This document shows positions 14,481 through 32,938 of a stretch of DNA of 64,000 nucleotides, piece after piece (the stretch's first letter is position 1; every line of letters begins with the position of its first letter). The notes under the pieces were generated by a model. The model worked only from the letters and a program-made list of their open reading frames with translations, did no database searches and had not been told where the DNA came from. A program made the position numbers and the translations under genes. The DNA is from Escherichia coli. Lineage in GTDB: Bacteria; Pseudomonadota; Gammaproteobacteria; Enterobacterales; Enterobacteriaceae. The stretch lies in NCBI RefSeq assembly GCF_030013205.1, contig NZ_CP122648.1; one strand, written 5' to 3'.

Positions 14481-15599
14481 ATGAAATACGATCTCATCAT
14501 TATTGGCAGCGGTTCCGTAGGCGCTGCCGCCGGGTATTATGCAACCCGCGCCGGTTTAAACGTGCTAATGACCGACGCCCATATGCCACCGCATCAACAC
14601 GGCAGCCACCACGGCGATACGCGATTAATTCGCCATGCTTATGGTGAAGGCGAAAAGTATGTCCCGCTGGTTCTCCGCGCGCAAACGCTGTGGGATGAAC
14701 TCTCCCGCCACAACGAAGAAGATCCCATTTTTGTACGCTCTGGCGTCATTAACCTTGGCCCGGCTGATTCCACATTTCTCGCCAACGTCGCCCACAGCGC
14801 CGAACAATGGCAACTCAACGTTGAAAAGCTCGATGCGCAAGGGATTATGGCCCGCTGGCCGGAAATACGCGTCCCGGACAACTACATCGGCTTATTTGAG
14901 ACTGATTCCGGTTTTTTGCGCAGCGAACTGGCGATTAAAACCTGGATCCAACTGGCGAAGGAAGCGGGCTGTGCGCAGCTGTTCAACTGCCCGGTCACCG
15001 CAATTCGTCATGACGATGATGGCGTAACTATTGAAACGGCTGACGGTGATTATCAGGCGAAAAAAGCGATTGTCTGCGCGGGAACATGGGTAAAAGACCT
15101 GCTCCCGGAGCTGCCTGTCCAGCCCGTACGCAAAGTATTTGCCTGGTATCAGGCCGATGGTCGCTATAGCGTGAAGAATAAATTCCCGGCGTTTACCGGT
15201 GAACTGCCCAATGGCGATCAATATTATGGTTTTCCGGCAGAAAACGACGCGTTGAAGATTGGCAAACATAACGGAGGCCAGGTTATCCATTCAGCGGATG
15301 AACGTGTTCCGTTTGCGGAAGTGGTCAGCGATGGTTCGGAAGCCTTCCCGTTCTTGCGCAATGTATTGCCGGGTATCGGTTGCTGCCTGTACGGCGCTGC
15401 CTGCACCTATGATAATTCGCCTGACGAAGATTTTATTATCGATACCCTACCCGACCACGATAATACACTGCTCATTACCGGCCTGAGTGGGCACGGTTTT
15501 AAATTTGCGTCAGTTTTAGGGGAAATAGCTGCCGATTTTGCGCAAGACAAAAAAAGCGATTTTGATTTGACGCCATTCAGGCTTTCCCGCTTCCAATAA
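14481..15599 (+). CDS. solA: N-methyl-L-tryptophan oxidase
   Basis: 372 aa FAD oxidase; N-terminal GXGXXG ([16 protein letters not shown]). Confidence 0.92.
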
Positions 15600-15608
15600 T
15601 CATCATTA

Positions 15609-15633
15609 CGGCCTCCAGAATGAGGCCGTTTTT
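15609..15633 (+). terminator. Rho-independent terminator after solA
   Basis: CGGCCTC-loop-GAGGCCG followed by TTTTT. Confidence 0.45.
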
Positions 15634-16020
15634 ACAGGAGTATTTAATGCGTCGGCTGTTGCACTATCTCATCAATAATATTCGCGAGCATCTGATGCTT
15701 TATCTTTTTCTCTGGGGATTGTTGGCAATTATGGATCTGATCTATGTGTTTTATTTTTAGTTTTCCGCACTGACATAAACTGACAAATATTTAATCTCCC
15801 TTTCATTTAGCGTGAAAAATTGAATGAGATTATTCCTGCTTCTACAGCACTCACCAGACATCTCTGATGCTGAACCCACTAAACTTATGAAGATTCTTTC
15901 ATTATTAATTCAAAATTATTGAAATAAAAATAAATATCATTCAATTTGTTATTTTTGTGTTGCAATTCATTCTCCGACACGCCATTTTCTTTCTCTCGCA
16001 AATTCGTTTTGGATGCACTT

Positions 16021-16587
16021 ATGTCATTCACAAATACCCCTGAACGCTATGGTGTTATATCTGCGGCCTTCCATTGGCTAAGCGCAATTATTGTCTACGG
16101 CATGTTTGCTTTAGGTCTGTGGATGGTCACGCTCAGTTATTACGATGGCTGGTATCACAAAGCACCCGAACTGCATAAAAGCATCGGTATTTTGTTAATG
16201 ATGGGGCTGGTTATTCGCGTTCTGTGGCGCGTCATATCTCCACCGCCGGGTCCGCTGCAGAGTTATTCGCCCATGACTCGTCTTGGCGCAAAGGCTGGAC
16301 ATCTCGCATTGTACTTATTGCTGTTCGCCATCGGCATCAGCGGCTATCTGATCTCAACTGCCGATGGTAAACCGATCAGCGTTTTTGGCTGGTTTGACGT
16401 CCCCGCGACCCTCGCCGACGCTGGCGCACAGGCTGACTTCGCCGGTGCCCTGCATTTTTGGCTCGCGTGGAGCGTCGTAGTACTGTCCGTTATGCATGGA
16501 TTTATGGCCCTGAAGCATCATTTCATCGATAAAGACGACACTCTGAAGCGCATGCTGGGAAAGTCGTCATCTGACTATGGAGTATAA
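16021..16587 (+). CDS. yceJ: Cytochrome b561-family protein YceJ
   Basis: 4-TM haem-binding membrane protein; start at MSFTNTPERYGV (188 aa). Confidence 0.85.
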   Translation: MSFTNTPERYGVISAAFHWLSAIIVYGMFALGLWMVTLSYYDGWYHKAPELHKSIGILLMMGLVIRVLWRVISPPPGPLQSYSPMTRLGAKAGHLALYLLLFAIGISGYLISTADGKPISVFGWFDVPATLADAGAQADFAGALHFWLAWSVVVLSVMHGFMALKHHFIDKDDTLKRMLGKSSSDYGV

Positions 16588-16590
16588 AAA

Positions 16591-17166
16591 ATGAAAAAAA
16601 GCCTGCTTGGTTTAACCTTCGCTTCCCTGATGTTCTCTGCCGGTTCAGCGGTTGCCGCCGATTACAAAATTGACAAAGAAGGTCAGCACGCCTTTGTTAA
16701 CTTCCGCATCCAGCATCTTGGCTATAGCTGGTTATATGGCACCTTTAAAGATTTCGACGGTACTTTTACCTTTGATGAAAAAAATCCGGCTGCCGATAAA
16801 GTGAATGTGACAATTAACACCACCAGCGTCGATACTAATCACGCCGAACGCGATAAACATCTTCGCAGTGCAGATTTCCTCAATACTGCAAAATATCCAC
16901 TGGCAACATTCACCTCCACCAGCGTGAAGAAAGACGGTGACGAATTGGATATTACCGGCGATCTGACGCTGAATGGCGTAACCAAACCCGTCACGCTGGA
17001 AGCGAAATTAATTGGTCAAGGCGACGACCCGTGGGGTGGTAAACGTGCAGGCTTCGAGGCCGAAGGCAAAATTAAGCTCAAGGACTTCAATATCAAAACA
17101 GATTTAGGTCCAGCTTCTCAGGAAGTGGATCTGATTATTTCAGTGGAAGGCGTACAGCAGAAGTAA
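16591..17166 (+). CDS. yceI: Periplasmic polyisoprenoid-binding protein YceI
   Basis: 191 aa with signal peptide; co-operonic with yceJ. Confidence 0.88.
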   Translation: MKKSLLGLTFASLMFSAGSAVAADYKIDKEGQHAFVNFRIQHLGYSWLYGTFKDFDGTFTFDEKNPAADKVNVTINTTSVDTNHAERDKHLRSADFLNTAKYPLATFTSTSVKKDGDELDITGDLTLNGVTKPVTLEAKLIGQGDDPWGGKRAGFEAEGKIKLKDFNIKTDLGPASQEVDLIISVEGVQQK

Positions 17167-17207
17167 GCGTGAAATGTTGCCGGATGGCACGCATCCGGCA
17201 ATGATAT

Positions 17208-18260
17208 TTATTCTGTTGGATCAGGAATGCCCAGTGTTGTATTCAGACGTCCACGAGACTTATTAAAGATCTTATTGCCATTTTCACGTCCTGCCCGACG
17301 GCGTCGCTGTTCTTCAGGCGGTAACGCGCTTTCTTCGCAGCAAATCTCACTACAACAACCTTTGTATTTTTCCGCACATACTGGACACTGAATAAACAGC
17401 AGGTGGCAGCCATCATTTTTACAGTTGGTATGGCTGTCGCACGGCGCACCGCACTGGTGGCAATGCGCGATAATCTCATCAGAGATACGTTCGCCCATCC
17501 GCTCGTCAAAAACAAAATTTTTGCCAATAAAACGCACCGGCAAGCCCTGCTCGCGCGCCTTACGGGCGTATTCAATAATTCCGCCCTCGATATGCCAGAC
17601 TTTGTTGAATCCGTTATGTTTCATCCAGGCACTGGCTTTTTCACAACGAATGCCGCCGGTGCAGTACATGACGATTTTTTTATCTTTATGTGCCTGCATC
17701 ATCTCGACTGCTTTTGGCAACTGCTCACGGAAGGTATCTGCCGGAATTTCCAGCGCGTTTTCAAAGTGCCCCACTTCATACTCATAGTGGTTACGCATGT
17801 CGATAAACAGTGCATCGGGATCGTCAAGCATGGCGTTCACTTCCGCCGCTTGCAAATACTCACCAACATTACTGGCATCGAAGTGAGGATCATCAATACC
17901 GTCGGCAACAATGCGATCGCGTACCTTCATGCGCAGTACCCAGAAGGATTTCCCGTCATCATCCAACGCGATATTCAGGCGTATGCCCTCTAAAGCCGGG
18001 TCGAAGGCATAGAGCTGCGCGCGAAATGTTTCAACATTGCTCGCAGGTACGCTGATTTGCGCGTTAATGCCCTCATGCGCCAGATACACTCGCCCAAAAA
18101 CATTCAGCGCGGTAAACAGCTGATATAAAGCGTCACGGGTCGCCTTAGGATCGGCGATGTGGAAATACTTATAAAACGAAATGGTGGTTCGCGGTTCGCT
18201 CTCAGCCAACATTTTGGCTTTTAACGCGTCGTTGGAAATGCGGTTGTGTAACACTGGCAT
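17208..18260 (-). CDS. trhO: tRNA uridine(34) hydroxylase TrhO (YceA), rhodanese domain
   Basis: Rhodanese active-site Cys ([12 protein letters not shown]) and C-terminal Cys cluster; start at [12 protein letters not shown] (350 aa). Confidence 0.88.
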   Translation of the reverse strand: MPVLHNRISNDALKAKMLAESEPRTTISFYKYFHIADPKATRDALYQLFTALNVFGRVYLAHEGINAQISVPASNVETFRAQLYAFDPALEGIRLNIALDDDGKSFWVLRMKVRDRIVADGIDDPHFDASNVGEYLQAAEVNAMLDDPDALFIDMRNHYEYEVGHFENALEIPADTFREQLPKAVEMMQAHKDKKIVMYCTGGIRCEKASAWMKHNGFNKVWHIEGGIIEYARKAREQGLPVRFIGKNFVFDERMGERISDEIIAHCHQCGAPCDSHTNCKNDGCHLLFIQCPVCAEKYKGCCSEICCEESALPPEEQRRRRAGRENGNKIFNKSRGRLNTTLGIPDPTE

Positions 18261-18484
18261 GGTGTACGGTTCCTGCGAGATGGGAAAGTAAAAATCCGCG
18301 GCATGATATAGCAATTATCGATAATTAACATCCACACACTTTACGCTACATTTTAGCATTAAAAATTATTTGTTATTTACAAGCGCGGCAATTTCGCCCA
18401 GTCTTCAGCCACAAATTTTGGTTGCGGGCGAAAAAATGCGACAATACATACAATTGCCCGAATAGGTTGAAAAACAGGATTGAT

Positions 18485-19405
18485 ATGACGAATCTACCCA
18501 AGTTCTCCACCGCACTGCTTCATCCGCGTTATTGGTTAACCTGGTTGGGTATTGGCGTACTTTGGTTAGTCGTGCAATTGCCCTACCCGGTTATCTACCG
18601 CCTCGGTTGTGGATTAGGAAAACTTGCGTTACGTTTTATGAAACGACGCGCAAAAATTGTGCATCGCAACCTGGAACTGTGCTTCCCGGAAATGAGCGAA
18701 CAAGAACGCCGTAAAATGGTGGTGAAGAATTTCGAATCCGTTGGCATGGGACTGATGGAAACTGGCATGGCGTGGTTCTGGCCGGACCGCAGAATCGCCC
18801 GCTGGACGGAAGTGATCGGCATGGAACACATTCGTGACGTGCAGGCGCAAAAACGCGGCATCCTGTTAGTTGGCATCCATTTTCTGACACTGGAGCTGGG
18901 TGCGCGGCAGTTTGGTATGCAGGAACCGGGGATTGGCGTTTACCGCCCGAACGATAATCCACTGATTGACTGGCTACAAACCTGGGGCCGTTTGCGCTCA
19001 AATAAATCGATGCTCGACCGCAAAGATTTAAAAGGCATGATTAAAGCCCTGAAAAAAGGCGAAGTGGTCTGGTACGCACCGGATCATGATTACGGCCCGC
19101 GCTCAAGCGTTTTCGTCCCGTTGTTTGCCGTTGAGCAGGCTGCGACCACAACCGGAACCTGGATGCTGGCACGGATGTCCGGCGCATGTCTGGTGCCCTT
19201 CGTTCCACGCCGTAAGCCAGATGGCAAAGGGTATCAGTTGATTATGCTGCCGCCAGAGTGTTCTCCGCCGCTGGATGATGCCGAAACTACCGCCGCGTGG
19301 ATGAACAAAGTGGTCGAAAAATGCATCATGATGGCACCAGAGCAGTATATGTGGTTACACCGTCGCTTTAAAACACGCCCGGAAGGCGTTCCTTCACGCT
19401 ATTAA
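18485..19405 (+). CDS. lpxL: Lipid A biosynthesis lauroyltransferase LpxL (HtrB)
   Basis: 306 aa from [22 protein letters not shown] acyltransferase family. Confidence 0.9.
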
Positions 19406-19576
19406 ATCTCCCATGCCGGATGCTTCAGAAGGGTATCCGGCATTACCACAGCAAATCCCCCTGATTTAGCGATAAAAGCTCTCTGGATTGCGCCCCCTGG
19501 AAGTCGGGCGCATAATTAGTGTGCTTATCTTTTCTTCTTATGTTCACCGCGCCTGGCGCACCAACAGCGGATTGCT

Positions 19577-20803
19577 ATGTCACCCTGTGAAAATGACACC
19601 CCTATAAACTGGAAACGAAACCTGATCGTCGCCTGGCTAGGCTGTTTTCTTACGGGTGCCGCCTTCAGCCTGGTAATGCCCTTCTTACCCCTCTACGTTG
19701 AGCAGCTTGGCGTTACGGGCCACTCCGCCTTGAATATGTGGTCCGGTATTGTCTTCAGCATTACATTTTTATTTTCTGCCATCGCCTCACCGTTTTGGGG
19801 TGGACTCGCCGACCGTAAAGGCCGCAAACTCATGCTATTACGCTCTGCCCTCGGCATGGGCATCGTGATGGTGTTGATGGGGCTGGCACAAAATATCTGG
19901 CAGTTTTTGATCCTACGGGCGCTTCTTGGGTTACTTGGCGGATTTGTCCCCAACGCTAATGCTCTTATCGCCACACAAGTACCGCGTAATAAAAGCGGCT
20001 GGGCGCTGGGTACGCTCTCCACAGGCGGCGTTAGTGGTGCGTTGCTCGGCCCAATGGCTGGCGGCCTGCTCGCCGATAGCTACGGCTTACGTCCGGTATT
20101 CTTTATTACCGCCAGTGTGCTCATACTCTGCTTTTTCGTCACCCTGTTTTGCATCAGAGAAAAATTCCAGCCGGTCAGCAAAAAAGAGATGCTGCACATG
20201 CGTGAAGTGGTGACATCACTTAAAAACCCGAAACTGGTACTCAGCCTGTTTGTCACTACGTTAATCATCCAGGTGGCGACGGGCTCAATTGCCCCCATTC
20301 TGACGCTGTATGTCCGCGAACTGGCGGGTAACGTCAGTAACGTCGCCTTTATCAGTGGCATGATCGCCTCGGTGCCAGGCGTGGCGGCTCTGCTGAGTGC
20401 ACCACGACTCGGCAAACTTGGCGATCGAATCGGACCCGAAAAGATCCTGATTACGGCGCTGATCTTTTCTGTACTGCTATTGATCCCAATGTCTTACGTT
20501 CAGACGCCATTACAACTTGGGATTTTACGTTTTTTGCTCGGTGCCGCCGATGGTGCACTACTCCCCGCCGTACAGACACTGTTGGTTTACAACTCGAGCA
20601 ACCAAATCGCCGGGCGTATCTTCAGCTATAACCAGTCGTTTCGTGATATTGGAAACGTTACCGGACCATTGATGGGAGCCGCGATTTCAGCGAACTACGG
20701 TTTCAGAGCGGTATTTCTCGTCACCGCTGGCGTAGTGTTATTCAACGCAGTCTATTCATGGAACAGTCTACGTCGTCGTCGAATACCCCAGGTATCGAAC
20801 TGA
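19577..20803 (+). CDS. mdtG: MFS efflux transporter MdtG
   Basis: 408 aa, 12-TM MFS. Confidence 0.9.
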
Positions 20804-20885
20804 TTTTTCGCCTTTCATACTTGCAAAAGCGGAGAATCAGCTATCCTTTTCCCTGAAACCTCATCAACTCAAAGGGAGAATCGTG

Positions 20886-21260
20886 ATGACCATGTACGCA
20901 ACGCTTGAAGAAGCCATTGACGCTGCACGCGAAGAATTTCTTGCAGACAACCCCGGCATCGACGCCGAAGATGCGAATGTGCAACAGTTCAATGCCCAAA
21001 AATACGTTTTGCAGGACGGCGACATCATGTGGCAAGTTGAGTTTTTTGCCGACGAAGGGGAAGAAGGTGAATGTTTACCTATGCTTAGCGGTGAAGCCGC
21101 GCAAAGTGTTTTTGATGGCGACTATGATGAGATAGAGATCCGCCAGGAGTGGCAGGAAGAGAATACATTACATGAATGGGACGAGGGGGAATTTCAGCTT
21201 GAGCCACCGCTGGATACCGAGGAAGGACGCGCAGCAGCTGATGAGTGGGATGAACGTTAA
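20886..21260 (+). CDS. msyB: Acidic protein MsyB
   Basis: 124 aa, highly acidic (E/D-rich C-terminus). Confidence 0.86.
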   Translation: MTMYATLEEAIDAAREEFLADNPGIDAEDANVQQFNAQKYVLQDGDIMWQVEFFADEGEEGECLPMLSGEAAQSVFDGDYDEIEIRQEWQEENTLHEWDEGEFQLEPPLDTEEGRAAADEWDER

Positions 21261-21488
21261 TCACTCATACGGGCCATGATGAATGTCGATCGGCAGCAGT
21301 AAAGTATCAAAAACCAGGGAGAATGGCAGATCAAGGATCGTGACATAACGCCAGGCGGAGTCACGCACATCCCATTGCACACCGGGATAATATTGGTTGC
21401 CATACCCCTGCCCCGGTATAGTGCGGCTAATAATGCTGCCACAGCCACTCAGCAAGGTCACCATGATGCTCACCACAATTAAACGCAT
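21261..21488 (-). CDS. yceK: Lipoprotein YceK
   Basis: 75 aa with lipobox LLSGC. Confidence 0.8.
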   Translation of the reverse strand: MRLIVVSIMVTLLSGCGSIISRTIPGQGYGNQYYPGVQWDVRDSAWRYVTILDLPFSLVFDTLLLPIDIHHGPYE

Positions 21489-21564
21489 TTGATACCTCTT
21501 CCGTAAAAAAATACCGGCATAACGCCGGTATTTTTATTGGCTCGTTGTTTTTGCCAGATGTGGC

Positions 21565-21655
21565 GTGAACGCCTTATCCGACCTACAAAATCTTGCAAAA
21601 TCAACACATTGCAGGAGCGATGTAGGCCTGATAAGCGTAGCGCATCAGGCAACTA
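21565..21655. repeat. REP (repetitive extragenic palindromic) elements between yceK and opgH
   Basis: GCCTTATCCGACCTAC... and TGTAGGCCTGATAAGCGTAGCGCATCAGGCA resemble the E. coli REP consensus; a hairpin plus T-run at about 21508-21540 also lies in this gap. Confidence 0.5.
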
Positions 21656-21660
21656 CGTTT

Positions 21661-25843
<4,183 letters not shown>

Positions 25844-26125
25844 TCAGCACGCTGGCTCATGGATTAAGCACCTGATTGCAACCGTTTTCACTTTCCGTGC
25901 TTCTCCTAAAGACAGAAGCATCGACTTCGTGTAGGGTTTGCCAGCAAATTTATTTATCAACCGTCTTACAGACGCTTCCATTCTGGTTAGTGGTAGCGAT
26001 GATGCTATGCATAAAAACCTTGAAGCCTGCGCCTGGCGCGGTCAGGTCGGTGTCGCTATGGCAACAAGCCTAAAGGCATAACCCGACAGGGATAAGACGA
26101 AAAATCCGAGATTAGTTAACCATAT

Positions 26126-27283
26126 ATGAATCCAGTACCCGCGCAACGTGAATATTTCCTCGACTCCATCCGCGCCTGGCTGATGTTGTTAGGGATCCCT
26201 TTTCATATTTCTTTAATCTATTCGAGCCATACATGGCATGTGAATAGCGCCGAACCGTCATTGTGGCTGACCCTTTTTAATGACTTCATCCACTCGTTCC
26301 GCATGCAGGTATTTTTCGTTATATCCGGGTACTTTTCCTACATGCTTTTTTTACGCTATCCCTTGAAAAAATGGTGGAAAGTACGTGTCGAACGTGTAGG
26401 TATCCCGATGTTAACAGCCATCCCCCTACTGACATTACCGCAATTTATTATGCTGCAATACGTCAAAGGGAAAGCGGAAAGTTGGCCTGGCCTGTCATTG
26501 TATGACAAATATAATACGTTGGCCTGGGAATTAATATCACACCTGTGGTTTTTACTGGTGTTAGTAGTCATGACGACGCTGTGCGTATGGATATTTAAAC
26601 GCATCAGAAATAATTTAGAAAATTCTGATAAAACGAATAAAAAATTCTCGATGGTAAAACTATCGGTGATTTTTTTGTGCCTCGGCATCGGCTATGCGGT
26701 AATAAGAAGAACGATTTTTATTGTGTATCCGCCCATTCTGAGTAACGGCATGTTCAATTTTATTGTCATGCAAACGCTATTTTATTTGCCGTTCTTTATC
26801 CTCGGCGCACTGGCTTTCATTTTCCCTCATCTTAAAACCTTGTTTACCACGCCGTCTCGTGGCTGTACCCTTGCAGCAGCATTGGCATTTGTCGCTTACT
26901 TACTCAACCAGCGCTATGGCAGTGGCGATGCCTGGATGTACGAAACCGAGTCGGTGATCACCATGGTCCTCGGTCTGTGGATGGTGAATGTGGTCTTCTC
27001 CTTCGGCCACCGTTTGCTTAACTTCCAGTCAGCGCGGGTGACTTACTTTGTTAATGCATCGCTGTTTATCTATCTGGTTCACCACCCGTTAACTCTGTTT
27101 TTCGGCGCGTACATTACACCGCACATCACATCCAACTGGCTTGGTTTTCTCTGTGGCCTGATATTCGTAGTAGGGATTGCGATAATTCTGTATGAAATTC
27201 ATTTACGCATCCCGTTACTGAAGTTTTTGTTCTCTGGTAAACCGGTTGTTAAGCGTGAGAACGATAAAGCACCAGCCCGTTAA
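26126..27283 (+). CDS. opgC: Glucans biosynthesis succinyltransferase OpgC (MdoC)
   Basis: 385 aa polytopic acyltransferase-3 family protein, divergent from opgGH. Confidence 0.88.
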   Translation: MNPVPAQREYFLDSIRAWLMLLGIPFHISLIYSSHTWHVNSAEPSLWLTLFNDFIHSFRMQVFFVISGYFSYMLFLRYPLKKWWKVRVERVGIPMLTAIPLLTLPQFIMLQYVKGKAESWPGLSLYDKYNTLAWELISHLWFLLVLVVMTTLCVWIFKRIRNNLENSDKTNKKFSMVKLSVIFLCLGIGYAVIRRTIFIVYPPILSNGMFNFIVMQTLFYLPFFILGALAFIFPHLKTLFTTPSRGCTLAAALAFVAYLLNQRYGSGDAWMYETESVITMVLGLWMVNVVFSFGHRLLNFQSARVTYFVNASLFIYLVHHPLTLFFGAYITPHITSNWLGFLCGLIFVVGIAIILYEIHLRIPLLKFLFSGKPVVKRENDKAPAR

Positions 27284-27290
27284 GCCGCGT

Positions 27291-28721
27291 TTATAATAAC
27301 CATTCCACGGGCAATATCGATGCCAGTCTGACCATAACCCGCTTCCAGAAACTGGTGGCGGGTTCTTTTTTGAGAACAATTTCTTTCTTTGCATGACGAT
27401 CAACCCAGTTGATCCGTCCCCACCTGTCCAGACGGAGCTGCCAGGCCGCATCATACTGGCTCTGAATAAAGCGTTTATCAATTAACTGTGCCAGCGTTTC
27501 GCTCTCTATCACGAAGCCCATTTCAGTATTGAGCAATGTTGAACGCGGATCGAAATTGAAAGAGCCGATAAACACCGTTTTACCATCGATGCTAAAGGTT
27601 TTAGCATGCAGGCTGGCACCGGAATTACCGGTTATGCCGCGATCGTGTAACGTACTACTTTGTTCACGCGTCGGCTTGAGTTCATATAATTCCACGCCAT
27701 AGCGGAGCAATTTTTTGCGCCAGCGCGCGTATCCGGCATGGACGACAGCAACATCGTTAGCGGCAAGAGAATTGGTTAGGATCGCAATCTTTACCCCTTT
27801 TCTCACCATCCGTAAGAGTTGCGCCACACCTGCGCGTGTCGGTACAAAATAGGAAGAGATAATATCGATGCGTTCACTGGGTGAGCCCATGATATCGAAC
27901 AGGCGCTGCGGTAACAGTGAATGCCGTTTTGCCTTGCCCTCCCCTTTCGCCGGATCATCACTTAATAAACGTGTTTTCGCCCAGATAAGCGGCAACGTTC
28001 CATCAACCAGATGATTTATAAACGGGCTGGATTCCATTTTGCGTAAATAACGATGCGTCATGGCATCGTTGTGCCAGGATGCTGGTAACTCGATGCGATC
28101 CGCCATTTCACCTTCCGGGACATCCAGCACCTGCTGTAAGGGTGAAACCGATTTGCAATACCAGTAGCGGGCGAAATCATCGGCAACGTCCTCTACAACT
28201 GGTCCTATTGCCATGACATCTAAATCCGAAAAAAGTGGCTCTTCCCCTGCCCCAAAATAGGCATCACCAATATTTCGTCCTCCCACCAGGGTAACCACGC
28301 CATCAACAGTGAAACTTTTATTGTGCATACGGCGATTGAGACGGGAAAAGTCGGTGATATAACCAAGCGGACGTAGCAAGCGAAACGAGAAAGGATTAAA
28401 AAGCCGGACTTCAATGCGGGGATGACTGTCAAGCAAGCGTAAAATGTCGTCAAGTCCGGGTGTATTGTTGTCGTCCAGCAACAAACGGACGCGAACGCCA
28501 CGCTTTGCTGCGGCTAACAGGGCGGAAAACAGTAACCGACCCGACATATCGTCCTGCCAGATGTAATACTGAACATCCAGCGTATGCTCTGCCATTTCGG
28601 CCAGACGATACCGGGCGGCAAACGCATCCAGACTTTTCTCCAGAGGGAAAAGGCCACACTGACCGGGATGTTGCGAACACAGTGGCAGCACCGCGCTCGC
28701 CAGCCGGGGCAAATCATTCAT
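27291..28721 (-). CDS. clsC: Cardiolipin synthase C (phospholipase D family)
   Basis: Two HxK(x)4D PLD motifs (HNKSFTVDG and HAKTFSIDG); start at MNDLPRL overlapping ymdB stop in ATGA arrangement. Confidence 0.88.
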   Translation of the reverse strand: MNDLPRLASAVLPLCSQHPGQCGLFPLEKSLDAFAARYRLAEMAEHTLDVQYYIWQDDMSGRLLFSALLAAAKRGVRVRLLLDDNNTPGLDDILRLLDSHPRIEVRLFNPFSFRLLRPLGYITDFSRLNRRMHNKSFTVDGVVTLVGGRNIGDAYFGAGEEPLFSDLDVMAIGPVVEDVADDFARYWYCKSVSPLQQVLDVPEGEMADRIELPASWHNDAMTHRYLRKMESSPFINHLVDGTLPLIWAKTRLLSDDPAKGEGKAKRHSLLPQRLFDIMGSPSERIDIISSYFVPTRAGVAQLLRMVRKGVKIAILTNSLAANDVAVVHAGYARWRKKLLRYGVELYELKPTREQSSTLHDRGITGNSGASLHAKTFSIDGKTVFIGSFNFDPRSTLLNTEMGFVIESETLAQLIDKRFIQSQYDAAWQLRLDRWGRINWVDRHAKKEIVLKKEPATSFWKRVMVRLASILPVEWLL

Positions 28722-29247
28722 CTCCTTGTTGGGTAAGGAGTCTTTCGTAGAGGTGGGTGTTTTCTTCATCATAACAGACAAAGTATACCTGTTCGGGTAA
28801 AGCGTGACGGGTAATAAATTCTGAAACGGTTTTTACTGCGATTTCAGCCGCTGCCGCACGAGGGTAACCATAAACCCCAGTACTAATTGCAGGAAAAGCC
28901 ACTGACGTATAGCTGTTTGCCGCCACCAGTCGTAGGCTATTGAGATAGGCATCCTGCAAAAGCTGGTCTTCGTTTTGTTCACCACCACGCCAGACTGGCC
29001 CGACGGTGTGCACTACGGCTTTAGCGGGAAGATCGCCTGCAAGCGTAATAACGGCATGCCCCGTAGGGCAATCGCCCTGCTGTTGCCTGACTTTTAAACA
29101 GGCATCCAGCAGCGCCGGACCCGCTGCGCGATGAATGGCCCCATCGACGCCGCCGCCTCCCATTAATGACGGATTAGCCGCATTCACAATCACATCAACG
29201 GCCAGTTTGGTAATATCACCCTGCACAACATGAATACGCGTTTTCAT
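28714..29247 (-). CDS. ymdB: O-acetyl-ADP-ribose deacetylase (macrodomain) YmdB
   Basis: 177 aa macro-domain protein ([14 protein letters not shown]). Confidence 0.9.
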   Translation of the reverse strand: MKTRIHVVQGDITKLAVDVIVNAANPSLMGGGGVDGAIHRAAGPALLDACLKVRQQQGDCPTGHAVITLAGDLPAKAVVHTVGPVWRGGEQNEDQLLQDAYLNSLRLVAANSYTSVAFPAISTGVYGYPRAAAAEIAVKTVSEFITRHALPEQVYFVCYDEENTHLYERLLTQQGDE

Positions 29248-29341
29248 AACGCCTCCTTACACCTTCTTGTTTCTTAAGTGTACAGCAGGCTTTTTGGTTA
29301 AATCGCATTTTTCTGCTCAGCAAGGTGAGTTGTTCAGAAAC

Positions 29342-29721
<380 letters not shown>

Positions 29722-29722
29722 C

Positions 29723-30106
<384 letters not shown>

Positions 30107-30163
30107 ATTCTTCTCCCGAAAAAAAACAGGGCTTGCGCCCTGTTTCTTTAATACAGATGTGTA

Positions 30164-30619
30164 TTAGTACTGATGAGCGGTCGCGTTGTTACCAAAGCCA
30201 ACCTGAGTGACGTTAACGCTGGAGTTAGATGCAGTCTGGTCAACCGCAGCACCGTTACCGCCACCGAACTGTTTAACAGTCATAGTAGAATCTTTACCAT
30301 TCCACTGATCAAGAGTAGCGCTGTTGCCGAAACCACGCTGAGTCAGATCGATTGAGCTGTCATCAGAACCTTGGCCAACATCTGCGCCGTTACCGCCGCC
30401 GTGCTGGGTAATGGTCAGATCAGAGTTACGGGCGTCAGCTTGCAGAGCAAGTGCAGAGTTACCGCCACCGTACTGGTAAATGTTCAGCTCTGAATTTGGG
30501 CCGCTATTATTACCGCCACCACCGTGGTTACCGCCGCCGCCGTACTGAGGAACAACACCTGCCAGAGCGCTACCGGAGAATACGATTGCTGCAATTGCTG
30601 CTACTTTTAAAAGTTTCAT
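30164..30619 (-). CDS. csgA: Major curlin subunit CsgA
   Basis: 151 aa, signal peptide, five Gln/Asn-rich imperfect repeats (SxxxQxGxGNxAxxxQ). Confidence 0.95.
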   Translation of the reverse strand: MKLLKVAAIAAIVFSGSALAGVVPQYGGGGNHGGGGNNSGPNSELNIYQYGGGNSALALQADARNSDLTITQHGGGNGADVGQGSDDSSIDLTQRGFGNSATLDQWNGKDSTMTVKQFGGGNGAAVDQTASNSSVNVTQVGFGNNATAHQY

Positions 30620-30659
30620 GTAAAACCCCCATCGGATTGATTTAAAAGTCGAATGGAAA

Positions 30660-31115
30660 TTAACGTTGTGTCACGCGAATAGCCATTTGCGACTGTCTCT
30701 GCACTACAATTGCCGTTTTTTGAGTACCATACTGTGTAATATTTGCTTTATTACCAGAACCTTTCTGGATAATCATCGCAGTATTACCATAAGCACCTTG
30801 CGAAATACTGGCATCGTTGGCATTGCCCGCCTGATCAATATATGCAAGGTTATAATCTCCTGTCTGGTCAATCTTTGCCCGATTGCTACTACCTTCTTGC
30901 GCAACAACCGCCAAAAGTTTTGAGCCTCCCTGCCGTAACTGAGCACTATTATTAGTCCCAGCTTGACCAATTATGGCTGCCTGATTAAATGAAGACTTAC
31001 TCAATTCATTTACCGCGAAGTTATATTCTGAATTAGCTAAATCATAACCTGCTGCGGCTGCAATCCCAGGCGCACCCAGTATTGTTAACATCATAAATAA
31101 CAATTTGTTTTTCAT
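30660..31115 (-). CDS. csgB: Minor curlin nucleator subunit CsgB
   Basis: 151 aa from MKNKLLFMMLTILGAPGIAAA; curlin repeats. Confidence 0.92.
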   Translation of the reverse strand: MKNKLLFMMLTILGAPGIAAAAGYDLANSEYNFAVNELSKSSFNQAAIIGQAGTNNSAQLRQGGSKLLAVVAQEGSSNRAKIDQTGDYNLAYIDQAGNANDASISQGAYGNTAMIIQKGSGNKANITQYGTQKTAIVVQRQSQMAIRVTQR

Positions 31116-31869
31116 GTTGTCACCCTGGACCTGGTCGTACATTTAAGAAATTAAATCATTTCAACTTGGTTGTTAACGCAACCTGTATTTTGTTAACGCT
31201 GCGTTACGATGGAAAGTATGTCTGCGGAAATATTTTTAATAACTCACCCGCACGTTGTATTTTTCTTTTTTTGTTCATACCAAAGTATTAAAACCCACGT
31301 AAATACGCTGTTATCTACGAAAAAAAATATTTTGTTTTCTTTTAAATCTCCGTTTTCCGCAATCAAAAATCACCAGACAGCCATTTTTCTTGCCCGTCGC
31401 TTATTGCTGCGATATGTCTTGCGCACAAGCCGTGACAAACCTCGTCTTTTTGCAGTAAAAAATTGTCCACGGAGGTGTGGAGAAAAAACAACAACGTTTT
31501 ACATGACGAAAGGACTACACCGAAATATTTTTTATATGCATTATTAGTAAGTTAGCACCATTTGTATGATTTTTTAAAATTGTGCAATAAAAACCAAATG
31601 TACAACTTTTCTATCATTTCTAAACTTAACAAAACCTTAAGATTAACATTTTAATATAACGAGTTACATTTAGTTACATGTTTAACACTTGATTTAAGAT
31701 TTGTAATGGCTAGATTGAAATCAGATGTAATCCATTAGTTTTATATTTTACCCATTTAGGGCTGATTTATTACTACACACAGCAGTGCAACATCTGTCAG
31801 TACTTCTGGTGCTTCTATTTTAGAGGCAGCTGTCAGGTGTGCGATCAATAAAAAAAGCGGGGTTTCATC
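31116..31869. promoter_or_regulatory. csgB-csgD divergent intergenic regulatory region (about 750 bp, AT-rich)
   Basis: Long AT-rich non-coding spacer between divergent curli operons; known from the literature to integrate many regulators. Individual sites not mapped here. Confidence 0.7.
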
Positions 31870-32520
<651 letters not shown>

Positions 32521-32524
32521 AGCC

Positions 32525-32914
32525 ATGAAACGTTATTTACGCTGGATTGTGGCGGCAGAATTTCTGTTCGCCGCAGGGAATCTTCACGCCGTTGAGGTAG
32601 AAGTCCCGGGATTGTTAACTGACCATACTGTTTCATCTATTGGCCATGATTTTTACCGAGCCTTTAGTGATAAATGGGAAAGTGACTATACGGGTAACTT
32701 AACGATTAATGAAAGGCCCAGTGCACGATGGGGAAGCTGGATCACTATAACGGTCAATCAGGACGTTATTTTCCAGACTTTTTTATTCCCGTTGAAAAGA
32801 GACTTCGAAAAAACTGTCGTCTTTGCACTGATTCAAACTGAAGAAGCACTAAATCGTCGCCAGATAAATCAGGCGTTATTAAGTACGGGCGATTTGGCGC
32901 ATGATGAATTTTAA
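32525..32914 (+). CDS. csgE: Curli secretion specificity factor CsgE
   Basis: 129 aa with signal peptide; synteny. Confidence 0.92.
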
Positions 32915-32938
32915 ATAAAAAATTGTTCGGAGGCTGCA

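Noticed and set aside
15620-15760. Small ORF between solA and yceJ (possible yceO)
   Set aside because: The candidate start overlaps the solA terminator hairpin and I could not reproduce an in-frame product I trust; not supportable from sequence alone
30164-31115. Repetitive Gly/Asn/Gln-rich stretches in csgA and csgB as possible DNA-level repeat anomaly
   Set aside because: These are the known imperfect amyloid-core repeats of curlin subunits
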